DNA of 64,000 nucleotides from Candidatus Latescibacterota bacterium (GTDB taxonomy: Bacteria; Latescibacterota; UBA2968; UBA8231), in the NCBI GenBank assembly GCA_965248355.1, contig OZ252098.1, positions 1,536,001 through 1,600,000 on the forward strand, in the 5' to 3' direction. The position numbers were made by a program, and so were the translations under genes. The notes beneath the pieces are model-generated. The model had not been told where the DNA came from, searched no databases, and was given only the letters and a program-made list of their open reading frames with translations. Within the stretch, counting starts at the first letter, position 1, and each line of letters opens with the position of its first letter. Of the stretch, positions 1 to 8,274 are shown one piece after another.

Positions 1-511
1 TGTCGGTGTGGCAGCCCACGCGTCCGGCGCCCGCGTAGATCTGCCGGCTCACGAAGAAGGGCAGGATCGCCGGCAGCAGGACCTGCGAGAACGGCACGTC
101 CCGGCGGACCAGGTAGTTCTCGTGGCAGCCGAAGGTGGCGCCCGTGTAGTGGTCGATGTTGTTCTTGAAGAACCCGGCCTCTTCCGCCAGTCCCAGCTGG
201 TCGAGGGCGCGCTGCATGATCACCTCGCCGGCGCGGTCCGAGGCGACCAGGTCGAAGAGGCCGCGGCACTCGGGCGTGGCGTACTCCACGTGCCCCATGT
301 CGATGTAGACGCGCCCGCCGTTGAACAGGAAGCCGCCGTTGCCCGGCGGCTCGTCGCGCCCCCGGTAGTGGATGTCGACGATGCCCAGCCGCTCCCGGTA
401 GAACACGCAGTCCTTGGTCTTCAGGGAGATGTAGTCGGGGCTGAGGAAGGGATCGGAGTCCGGCGGCATGCAGCCGTACTCGATCTCGAGGCCGTAGAGG
501 CGGTTGCGCAT
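1..511 (-). CDS. pafA: Pup/UBact-protein ligase PafA, N-terminal part (runs off window start)
   Basis: Not in ORF track. Manual translation from ATG at 511: MRNRLYGLEIEYG...FLFNGGRVYIDMGHVEYATPEC...FFKNNIDHYTGATFGCHENY, carrying the GhExE, NG.R.Y.D.GH.EYAT and GCHENY motifs. Directly downstream of prcA. Confidence 0.92.
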   Translation of the reverse strand, partial: MRNRLYGLEIEYGCMPPDSDPFLSPDYISLKTKDCVFYRERLGIVDIHYRGRDEPPGNGGFLFNGGRVYIDMGHVEYATPECRGLFDLVASDRAGEVIMQRALDQLGLAEEAGFFKNNIDHYTGATFGCHENYLVRRDVPFSQVLLPAILPFFVSRQIYAGAGRVGCHTD

Positions 512-512
512 G

Positions 513-1280
513 CTACTCGAAAGCGGCCAGGGAGGGCGCCAGCTCCCTCTGGCTCAACAGGCGGAACTTGGTCTTCGTCGGCCGGCTGCGCTGGAGCACG
601 GCCGCCTCGATGCGGCCGCTGCCGAGGGCGCCGCCGATGGCTTGGCGCACCTCCGGCTCGCCCACCTCCCCCTCCCCCGGCCCTTCGGGGCCGGCCTCGG
701 CCAGGGCCCGGCCCGCCCCCCAGGCGCCCAGGGCCCGCGCCAGGGCGCCCTCCAGGGAGTCGCTGCCGGCGCCGCCGCCCAGCCGCGCCAGGATGGCCTC
801 GGCGCCCTTCCCGCTGCCGGCGATCACGGCCGCCTCCGCGGTGCTGCTGAAGGAGCCGTCGGGATCGATGGTGTAGAACGTCTCGGCCGGGTCCGCCGGG
901 TCGAGCTCGGCCACGAGCACGCGGGCGATGTAGGGCGAGCGGAAGATCTCGTCGAAGGCGGACTTCATCTGGGGGCCCACGCCGAGGTTGACCAGCCGCT
1001 GCAGGGGGATGTCGCTGGCCGACAGGTTGAAGACCTCCACGTGGGCGATGTCGATGACCGCCTTGCGCAGCTTCTCGATGTCGGCGGGATGGCCGATGCC
1101 GGCGAAGGCCACCTGGTTGTAGACCTCGAAGAGCTTGCGCGGCCCCGGCGTCGAGGTGAGCAGCAGCAGGCCGTCGTCGTAGGCCAGGCCGACGACGGGG
1201 CTGGCGCCCTGGAGCTGGTCCTCGGTGTACTCGCGCCGGTTGCGGATCGCCTCGACCCAGCGATAGGGCTCGTCCAGCAT
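513..1280 (-). CDS. prcA: 20S proteasome alpha subunit
   Basis: MLDEPYRWVEAIRNRREY...SPVVGLAYDDG...RKLFEVYNQVAFAGIG resembles bacterial PrcA; TGATG overlap with prcB. Confidence 0.92.
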   Translation of the reverse strand: MLDEPYRWVEAIRNRREYTEDQLQGASPVVGLAYDDGLLLLTSTPGPRKLFEVYNQVAFAGIGHPADIEKLRKAVIDIAHVEVFNLSASDIPLQRLVNLGVGPQMKSAFDEIFRSPYIARVLVAELDPADPAETFYTIDPDGSFSSTAEAAVIAGSGKGAEAILARLGGGAGSDSLEGALARALGAWGAGRALAEAGPEGPGEGEVGEPEVRQAIGGALGSGRIEAAVLQRSRPTKTKFRLLSQRELAPSLAAFE

Positions 1281-2053
1281 CAGGCGCCCAGGCCCGCGTA
1301 GACCTGGGACAGCTCCGCCTCGGTGACCGTGGAGATGCCCTCGCCGGTGACCCGCATCACCTGGGGATAGACGGCGGAAGCCGCCTTGAAGCCGCCCGTG
1401 GCCGTGTCGTACTCGGCCGCCGTCTCCAGCATCTTCACCACCAGCTGCAGGGCCTCGGCCCCGCTGCGGTCGGCGAAGGGCCGTTCCCAGCGGTTCAGGT
1501 AGTAGAGGGAGCCCCGGATGATGGGCGAGCCGGAGCCGGTGGTGCAGAAGTCGACCGACTCGAAGGTGGCCCCGAGCACGTCGTAGAAGAAGATCTTCCC
1601 CGGCGGACCGGAGCCCGCGTCCTCGCAGGTGGCGTAGATGGGGACCACGGCGCCGATCCCCTGCAGGGCCAGGGGCAGGTTCTCGCGCAGCAGCCGCGAC
1701 AGGGTGCGCAGCCGGCCATCGAGGCTCAGCTCCTGCAGCTGGGTGCGCCGGTAGTGCTGGAAGGAGATCTCCAGCATGCGGGCGATCTCGTAGGCGCTGG
1801 CCGGAGATCCGGACAGGGCCAGCACCGAGCGGTCGTCCACGGCGAGCACCTTGTCGGCGCGGTCGTGGATGACGGTGTGGCCCGCCGTGGCCCGGCGGTC
1901 GCCGGCGACGAGCACCCCCTCGGCGTAGCGCACGGCGAGGATGGTCGTGCCCTCGGCGGCCTCGCCGGCGGAGGCCACGGGACCCGGGACCCCGGGCGCG
2001 GGCGGCAGCTGCCCGCGCTCCTTGAGGATGTTGAGGAAGTCGGCGCTCTCCAT
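1280..2053 (-). CDS. prcB: 20S proteasome beta subunit precursor
   Basis: Likely start MESADFLNILK (ATG 2053). Propeptide, then G|TTILAVRYAEGVLVAGDRRATAG with catalytic Thr1, DKV Lys33 equivalent and GSGS motif. Confidence 0.95.
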   Translation of the reverse strand: MESADFLNILKERGQLPPAPGVPGPVASAGEAAEGTTILAVRYAEGVLVAGDRRATAGHTVIHDRADKVLAVDDRSVLALSGSPASAYEIARMLEISFQHYRRTQLQELSLDGRLRTLSRLLRENLPLALQGIGAVVPIYATCEDAGSGPPGKIFFYDVLGATFESVDFCTTGSGSPIIRGSLYYLNRWERPFADRSGAEALQLVVKMLETAAEYDTATGGFKAASAVYPQVMRVTGEGISTVTEAELSQVYAGLGA

Positions 2054-2075
2054 GAGCCGCGGAGGCCCCGGTGAG

Positions 2076-2270
2076 CTACTGGCCTGTACGCTGGCGGTAT
2101 CGGCGCGCCTGGTTCGGATCGACCCGGCGCATGCGGCGCAGCAGGTCGTCGGTCTCGGGCCGCTCCACCTTGGGACGCCTCGGTCCCTGGTCGTCTCCGC
2201 CGTCGTCGCCCCCGTCCATCGGCCGCGGCGGCCGGGTGGCGCGCTCACCCATTTCGAATGCTCGCCTCAT
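2076..2270 (-). CDS. ubact: UBact, prokaryotic ubiquitin-like modifier (64 aa, C-terminal RTGQ)
   Basis: AGGGAG RBS then MRRAFEMGER...LLRRMRRVDPNQARRYRQRTGQ. The C-terminal R[ST]G[EQ] is the UBact signature; it occupies the pup position between dop and prcB. Confidence 0.93.
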   Translation of the reverse strand: MRRAFEMGERATRPPRPMDGGDDGGDDQGPRRPKVERPETDDLLRRMRRVDPNQARRYRQRTGQ

Positions 2271-2286
2271 GGAAAGCTCCCTCGTC

Positions 2287-3819
2287 TCACCGCTTGGGCG
2301 CCGCTTCGGACAGGGCCGCCAGCAACTCGGCCACAGACCCCGCCCGCTCGAGCTTCTCGTTGAAGATAGCCGCCGACTCGGCGTCGACACAACTCTTCAA
2401 ATCGACCGTGGCCAGCCCTCCGTCGACCTGGAATTCGATGCTGTCCCAGTTCAGCGAGCGCACGGCGGCCCCGAACTTCTCCACCGCCCTCCCCCGGAAC
2501 CGGGCCCGCGTGCGCTCCGGCGGTTCCACGAGGGCGCGCTCCACGCCGGCATCGTCGCTCAGGCGGAACACGCCTCCCCCTTCGGAGCGCTCCAGCAGCA
2601 GGAACAGCCCCTCCTCGGGATCGACGTTGTGGTACTCCAGGTCCTGGCTCTGCAGCCAGGCGCGGTGGCCGGGGTCGTTCCAGTCGAGTCCCTCGGCCTC
2701 GGCGAAGGTGTCGAGGAGCCACTTCTTCGTCACCCAGTCGCAGCGGCCGATCAGCGGCGCCGGGTCGCCGCCGAGGGCGTCGAGGGCGAAGCCCCACTCG
2801 CGAAGAGCCCAGTCGGTCTCGGCGTCCCGGCCGGAGGCCAGCTCCCGGGCCCGGTCGAGGAAGGCCCGCTGGATCTCGATCGCCGTCGTGGTCCGGCGGT
2901 CCTCCAGCTCCACCTCCCAGCGGCGGCTCGGATCTCGGCTGATCGACTTCACCGCCCCCACCGGGTCGGCGAGCACCAGCCCCGGGGCGTGTCCGGCCTC
3001 CAGCAGCTCCAGGACGAGGCGCAGGGCCCCCACCTTCAGCGCCGTGGCCCACTCGCACAGGTTGGCGTCGCCGACGATGATGTGCAGGCGCCGGTAGCGG
3101 GCGGCGTCGGCGTGGGGCTCGTCTCGGGTGTTGACCAGGGGCCGGCGGGTCATGGTGTCGACGCTGGCGATGACCTCGAAGAAGTCGGACCGCTGGGCCA
3201 GCTGGTAGAGACCCGGGTCGGCCCGGGAATCGGTCTCCACCCCGACCTTGCCGGCGCCGGCGTAGATCTGGCGGGTCACCAGGAAGGGCAGCAGGGCGGC
3301 GATCACGTCGTCGAAGGGGATCGACCGGGGCAGCAGGAAGTTCTCGTGGCAGCCGTAGCTGTGGCCCTCGAAGTCGGTGTTGTTCTTGTAGAGGCGCACC
3401 ACCCCCCGGCCGCGGCGGGCGCTGCGCCGGCGGGCGCAGTGCAGGAGGATGCGCTCGCCGGCCCGGTCCTGGGCCACCAGGTCGGCCAGGGTCAGGCACT
3501 CGGCGGTGCTGTACTCGGGATGGGTGTGGTCGTTGTAGAGGCGCGCGCCGTTGCCGAGGATCAGGTCGGACTTGAGGTCCTTCAGGGGGATCTTCCGGGC
3601 CCGGTCCTGCTGCAGGTGCTCGGTCTCGTCGAGGTCGTTCAGCAGCTGGTCGACCTCGAAGCCGCGCATGTCCCGGCGCGGGTTCTCCAGGCCGTAGTCC
3701 CAGCGCGCGACGAAGTCCTCCCGCAGGTAGCCGCGGATCAGCTCCATCGACTCGACGACGACGTCGAGGTCGTCCACGCCGTCGACCTGGATGCCGTACT
3801 CGGTCTCCAGGCCGAACAT
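2287..3819 (-). CDS. dop: Pup/UBact deamidase-depupylase Dop
   Basis: Start MFGLETEYG (ATG 3819). NGARLYNDHTHPEYS is the Dop-type motif; also YKNNTD, GCHENF, NTRDEPHAD and RRLHIIVGDAN. Confidence 0.92.
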   Translation of the reverse strand: MFGLETEYGIQVDGVDDLDVVVESMELIRGYLREDFVARWDYGLENPRRDMRGFEVDQLLNDLDETEHLQQDRARKIPLKDLKSDLILGNGARLYNDHTHPEYSTAECLTLADLVAQDRAGERILLHCARRRSARRGRGVVRLYKNNTDFEGHSYGCHENFLLPRSIPFDDVIAALLPFLVTRQIYAGAGKVGVETDSRADPGLYQLAQRSDFFEVIASVDTMTRRPLVNTRDEPHADAARYRRLHIIVGDANLCEWATALKVGALRLVLELLEAGHAPGLVLADPVGAVKSISRDPSRRWEVELEDRRTTTAIEIQRAFLDRARELASGRDAETDWALREWGFALDALGGDPAPLIGRCDWVTKKWLLDTFAEAEGLDWNDPGHRAWLQSQDLEYHNVDPEEGLFLLLERSEGGGVFRLSDDAGVERALVEPPERTRARFRGRAVEKFGAAVRSLNWDSIEFQVDGGLATVDLKSCVDAESAAIFNEKLERAGSVAELLAALSEAAPKR

Positions 3820-3833
3820 GCGGACAGGGCCCG

Positions 3834-5582
3834 TCAGATGACGCTTCCGGAGGGGCCGGGCGGCCGGGGGCGGTCGGGGACGGCGGACCGGGGGTTCACG
3901 CGCACCACGTTCTCGGGGTCGTAGTCGAGGAGCTTGAGCCAGTCCTCGACGCTGTCGCTTGGCGGGAAGACCTCGCTCTCGCGGTACTCGGCGCGCACGG
4001 CGTCGAGCAGGTCCTGCTCGCTCACACCGGCGCCGTCCGGACCTCCCGCGGCGATGGCCCGCTTGATGGCCGTCTCCTTGGCCCGCTGCACGATGTTGTC
4101 GATCAGGGCCCCGGAGGCCAGGTCTCCGAAGTGGAGGCTCTCGGTGCGGCCGCTGCGCAGCGCCACCTCGAGGACCCGGGTCTCCCCGGTGCGCGCGAAG
4201 AGGGCCTTGACCGCCGACGCGATCAGGAACTGCCGCGCCGCCTCGGTCCCGTCGTGATCCCGCACGGCCCCGGGGTCGAGGGGCAGTTGGGGACCGAGGT
4301 AGAGGCCGAAGATCTCCTCGGCGGCCTCCCGGTCGGGCCGGTCGACCTTGATCTTGCGGTCGATCCGCCCCGGGCGCAGGATCGCCGGGTCGATCAGATC
4401 GTGGCGGTTGGAGGCCAGGATGATGACCACGTCCTGCAGCGACTCGATGCCGTCCATCTCGGTACAGAACATGGGGACCACGGTGTTGGCGATGTGGTGG
4501 CTGCGCATCGACCGCCGGGTGCCCAGAATCGACTCGGCCTCGTCGATGAAGATGAAGGGCAGGAAGCCCTCCCCGCGCTTCTGCCGGGCCTGGGCGAAGA
4601 TCTCGCGGACCATGCGCTCGGTCTCGCCGAGCCACATGTTGAGGATCTCCGGCCCCTTGATGTGCATGAAGTACTCCTCCACCTGCAGGCCCTCCTCCTC
4701 GCGCAGATGCTGCACCAGGCTGTAGGCGGTGGCCTTGCCGATCAGGGTCTTGCCGCAGCCGGGGGGGCCGTAGAGCAGGAATCCCCTGGGCGTGGAGTAC
4801 TCGAACCTCTCGAACAGCTCCGGGTGCAGGGCGGGCAGCTCGATCGTGTCCCGGATCGCCCGGATCGCCTCTTCCTGGCCGCCGATGCGGCTCCAGGGCA
4901 CGGGCGGGATGTCCTCGAGGAAGTACTCCCGGCTCTGCTTCGAGGACAGGCGCTCCAGGGCGACCTTCATCGACGGGTCGGTGCGCACCTCGTCGCCCAC
5001 CTTCAGATTCACGTCGGCCAGGGCCTCGGCGCGCTCGAGGACGAGATCGGTGGTGCCGTGCTCGTTGCCGAGGCGCAGCCGGCCGTCGTCGAGCAGGTCG
5101 GAGACGCGGCCCACCGGCCCGGCCGGCGCGGCCCCCATGAGCCCGACGATGGCGTAGGCCTCGTTGATCAGCACCCGCCCGCCCACGGTGAGGTCGGCGG
5201 GGTTCACGCGGGGGTCGATGTTGGCGTAGTACTCGGAACCACCGACGAAGACGGTGGCCACCCCCTCCTTCGGAGAGCCCAGGAAGATGCCCACGCGGTT
5301 GGCCGGGGCCGTGACCTTCTCCAGCGCCGTCTCGAGCTCGACGAGGGCCCGCCGCGCCTCCTGGAAGGTGATCTCGCGCTCCAGCAACTGCCGGCGCAGC
5401 TGGTACACGAGAGGCCGCGCCGGGTCGCGCTCGGGCAGGCTCAGAAGGACCTGGTCGACGAGCCGCAGGGGCTCGTCGACGTGCTCCTCCTCCGGGTCGC
5501 CCCCTCGCAAGCGCTCGTCTTCGAAAGGATCGAACTCGTCGCCGCGGGAGCGGCGGCCGGGGCGTTCTCCATCCTCGGCGAT
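3834..5582 (-). CDS. arc: Proteasome-associated AAA+ ATPase ARC/Mpa
   Basis: N-terminal coiled coil, OB region, Walker A GPPGCGKT, Walker B FIFIDE, RPGRIDRKIKV. The ORF-track start is TTG 5510, but the frame is open to an ATC at 5582 preceded by AGGAG, so the start is uncertain. Confidence 0.92.
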   Translation of the reverse strand: MAEDGERPGRRSRGDEFDPFEDERLRGGDPEEEHVDEPLRLVDQVLLSLPERDPARPLVYQLRRQLLEREITFQEARRALVELETALEKVTAPANRVGIFLGSPKEGVATVFVGGSEYYANIDPRVNPADLTVGGRVLINEAYAIVGLMGAAPAGPVGRVSDLLDDGRLRLGNEHGTTDLVLERAEALADVNLKVGDEVRTDPSMKVALERLSSKQSREYFLEDIPPVPWSRIGGQEEAIRAIRDTIELPALHPELFERFEYSTPRGFLLYGPPGCGKTLIGKATAYSLVQHLREEEGLQVEEYFMHIKGPEILNMWLGETERMVREIFAQARQKRGEGFLPFIFIDEAESILGTRRSMRSHHIANTVVPMFCTEMDGIESLQDVVIILASNRHDLIDPAILRPGRIDRKIKVDRPDREAAEEIFGLYLGPQLPLDPGAVRDHDGTEAARQFLIASAVKALFARTGETRVLEVALRSGRTESLHFGDLASGALIDNIVQRAKETAIKRAIAAGGPDGAGVSEQDLLDAVRAEYRESEVFPPSDSVEDWLKLLDYDPENVVRVNPRSAVPDRPRPPGPSGSVI

Positions 5583-5595
5583 CGGGGACCGGCTC

Positions 5596-6318
5596 CTAGT
5601 GAAGGACCGTGCCCAGTCTGGAGTAGCGGGACCGGAAGGGCAGGGTGGGAAGGTTCAGCAGGAAGTTGCCCGCGTCGAGCACCATCCTCGGCAGTCCGTG
5701 GATCAGGGGACCGTGCACCAGGGTCGAGGACCAGTAGATGATCATCGCCTTGCCCTTGACCCGCCCCCTGGGCACCGGACCGAAGATGCGGCTGTCCTTG
5801 CTGTTGTCGCGGTTGTCTCCCATCATGAAGAAGTGGCCCTCGGGGATGCGCAACGGTCCCAGGTTGTCCCGCGAGCTCATCGACCCCGGCAGGATCGCGC
5901 CCTCCGTGAACTTGCCGAGCGGCGGCAGGTGGTAAGGCTTGCCGTCCACGAGCAGTCCCTTCCCGCGGATCTCCACGATCTGGCCCCCCACGGCGACGCA
6001 GCGCTTGATGAGATCGCGCCCCGGCTCGGTGAGAGAGCGGAAGATTACGATGTCCCCCGCCCGCGGATCGCGCAGGGCGGGCAGCCGGAAGAGGGGGCCG
6101 TCCATTCCGGGCAGCTCGAGGGGAGCGCCGTAGATGAACTTGTTGGCGAGGAGGTAGTCGCCCTTGAGGAGGGTGTCCTCCATCGACGCGGAGGGGATGT
6201 AGAAGGCCTGCACCACGGAACTGCGGATGAGCAGGGCGAGGCCGACGGCGACGACGATGGACGACCCGTACTGGCGGGCGCCGCCGCCTCTGGGGGACGG
6301 GGAAGGCTGGCTCGGCAT
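5596..6318 (-). CDS. lepB: Signal peptidase I
   Basis: TM segment, then IPSASMEDTL (catalytic Ser), LIKRCVA (catalytic Lys), GDNRDNSKDSR. Confidence 0.95.
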   Translation of the reverse strand: MPSQPSPSPRGGGARQYGSSIVVAVGLALLIRSSVVQAFYIPSASMEDTLLKGDYLLANKFIYGAPLELPGMDGPLFRLPALRDPRAGDIVIFRSLTEPGRDLIKRCVAVGGQIVEIRGKGLLVDGKPYHLPPLGKFTEGAILPGSMSSRDNLGPLRIPEGHFFMMGDNRDNSKDSRIFGPVPRGRVKGKAMIIYWSSTLVHGPLIHGLPRMVLDAGNFLLNLPTLPFRSRYSRLGTVLH

Positions 6319-6325
6319 GATTCCG

Positions 6326-6354
6326 AGTATAGCAAAGCGCCCTCTCCATGTAAA
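6326..6354 (-). promoter_or_regulatory. Sigma70-type promoter for the lepB-proteasome operon, probably giving a leaderless mRNA
   Basis: Minus strand TTTACA-17 nt-TATACT with TG extension; the -10 box ends 7 nt before the lepB ATG and no Shine-Dalgarno is present. Confidence 0.7.
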
Positions 6355-6398
6355 CGCGGTTCGGCCGCCGGGCTTCCCTGTCGCCTGCTGCGGTCGGG

Positions 6399-7154
6399 TC
6401 AGCCCGGGAATCCCTCCGGCGGATGGCGAAATAGCCGGGGTCCCCGAAGGCCGGGAACATGCCGAACCCCCGCTCCAAGTCCCGCCGCTCCCACACGAGG
6501 CCGGTCTCGCAGTAGCTCAGCGACCCGTGTCCCGGGGGTGAGAACCGGGGCTGCGCCAGCAGGTCGGCGCGGGGCCAGAGGCTGCGGTGCCGGAAGCACA
6601 GACCCCTCTCGAGGTTCTGCTCGACGAACTCGATCATGTGCGGGAAGGTGCGCTGAAAGGCGGTGCCGGCTCCGTACTCGATGCGGGCCCCGACCGAGGC
6701 GCCCGCCGACTGGATCTCGGTCATCGACATGGGGGTCCCGCCCTGGACGAAGAGGGCGTCCAGGTTGGGATCGACGACGATCCACTTCTCCCACTCCGGG
6801 GCCCAGACCTCGGCCACGAAGTGGCCGTTGAAACCGTTCACCGCCTCGGTGAGCGCGGCGCAGCGGGCGGGGAGGCCCACGGACTGGCAGGCGCTGACGA
6901 AGCTGGCGGCGTAGTGCACGCACATCAGGATCGGCCGCTGGCCGTTGTGCCCCTGCCGCTCCGCCCCCCAGGAGAGAGCGGTCTCCGCGTCCCAGGGTCC
7001 GTAGAGGTGGGTACGGGCGCGCCAGCAGGAAGACCTCGGCCGGCGCCGCCGTGGCCGGCAGGTCGAGGATCTTGCGGGCCCGGCGGAACCGGGTCAGCTC
7101 CTCGCACAGGGAGGGGATGACGCGGCCCTCCTCCGTGTGGTAGAGGCGGCTCAC
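6399..7154 (-). pseudogene. Disrupted transglutaminase-like (Cys-His-Asp) protein
   Basis: GTG start overlaps the upstream stop. After ...LARPYP (~7010) the reading continues in another frame as HLYGPWDAET...MCVHYAA...GHFVAEVW...WIVVDP. A second apparent frameshift lies near 6425, just before PPEGFPG*. Confidence 0.65.
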
Positions 7155-8274
7155 TGCGGGCCGGGATCGCGGTAGCGGGCGACCTGGTCCTCGTCCAGCT
7201 CGACGCCGAGGCCCGGTCCCTCCGGAGCCACGGCGTTCACGGGGCCCAGGACGAGGGGCTCGGTGATCATGTCGGCGTCGTGGTACAGGGGGCCGAGCAG
7301 GTCGGCCGGGTAGCGCTCGCTGTCGATGGCCGGACAGGCCACGGCCAGGTGCAGCATGGCCGCCGTGGCCACGCCGAGCTCGAGGTTGCTGCCCATGCAG
7401 CAGACGAGCCCCGCGGCGGCGGCGATCTCGGCCACGGCCAGCGACCCGAGGAGCCCCCCGTTCTTGCCGGGGTAGACGGCGAGGATGTCGGCGGCATCGG
7501 CCTGCACCAGCTGCAGCGCCTCCCGGGGGGTGAAGACGCTCTCGTCGGCCATCACCGGGATCGGCGTCGAGCGGCGCACCGCGGCCAGGGCCCGCGGGTC
7601 GTCGGTGCCCACGGGCTGCTCGGCGAAGGTGAGGTCGAAGGCCTCCAGGGCCGCCAGGGTCCGGCGCGCCGTCCCCAGGTCCCAGCCGCAGTTGGCGTCG
7701 ACGCCGTGGAGACGCCGGGACCGGCCAGCTCGCGCACGAGGCGCACGCGCTCGATGTCCTGCGCCGGGTCGAGGCCGACCTTCACCTTGAGGTGGCGCAC
7801 CCCCCGGTCGAGGAAGCGCTGCGCCAGGGCCGCCGCCCTCGGCGGCTCGAAGGCCCCCACCACCATCTTCATGGCAGCCGCGTCGCGCACCTTGCCGCCG
7901 AGCAGGCGGTACAGGGGCAGTCCGGCCGCCTTGCCGGCGATGTCCCAGCAGGCCATCTCCACCGCCGCCCGCGTGAAGGGGTTGAGGCGCAGGGCCTGCT
8001 CCATGCGCCGGGCGACGCGGCGCACGCCCCGGGGGTCGGCGCCCTTGACGGCCGGCTCCAGGACCTGGCGGATGGCGGCCACGCACCCCGGGCTGGTCTC
8101 GCCGCTCCAGCGCGGCGACAGGGTCGCCTCCCCCAGCCCGACGAGGCCCTCGTCGGTGTGGACCTTCACCAGGACGTACGGCGAGTCGATGTGCTCGCCG
8201 TGGGCGGTCTTCGTCGTCATTCCCTTGCTCAGGGGCACGAGAACCGGGATCGGCTCCAGGGAGGTGATCTTCAC
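7151..8274 (-). pseudogene. Mandelate racemase/muconate cycloisomerase (enolase superfamily), frameshifted
   Basis: GTG AAG ATC ACC start; N-half has LGEAT, WDIAGK and KVKVG; C-half has GVDAN, EQP, MADES and GPGLGVE in another frame. A 1-nt deficit at ~7706 (tcc ac ggc gtc gac) separates them. Confidence 0.85.

Noticed and set aside
2076..2270. Calling the modifier Pup
   Set aside because: It lacks the GG[EQ] terminus; RTGQ and the preceding helix fit UBact.
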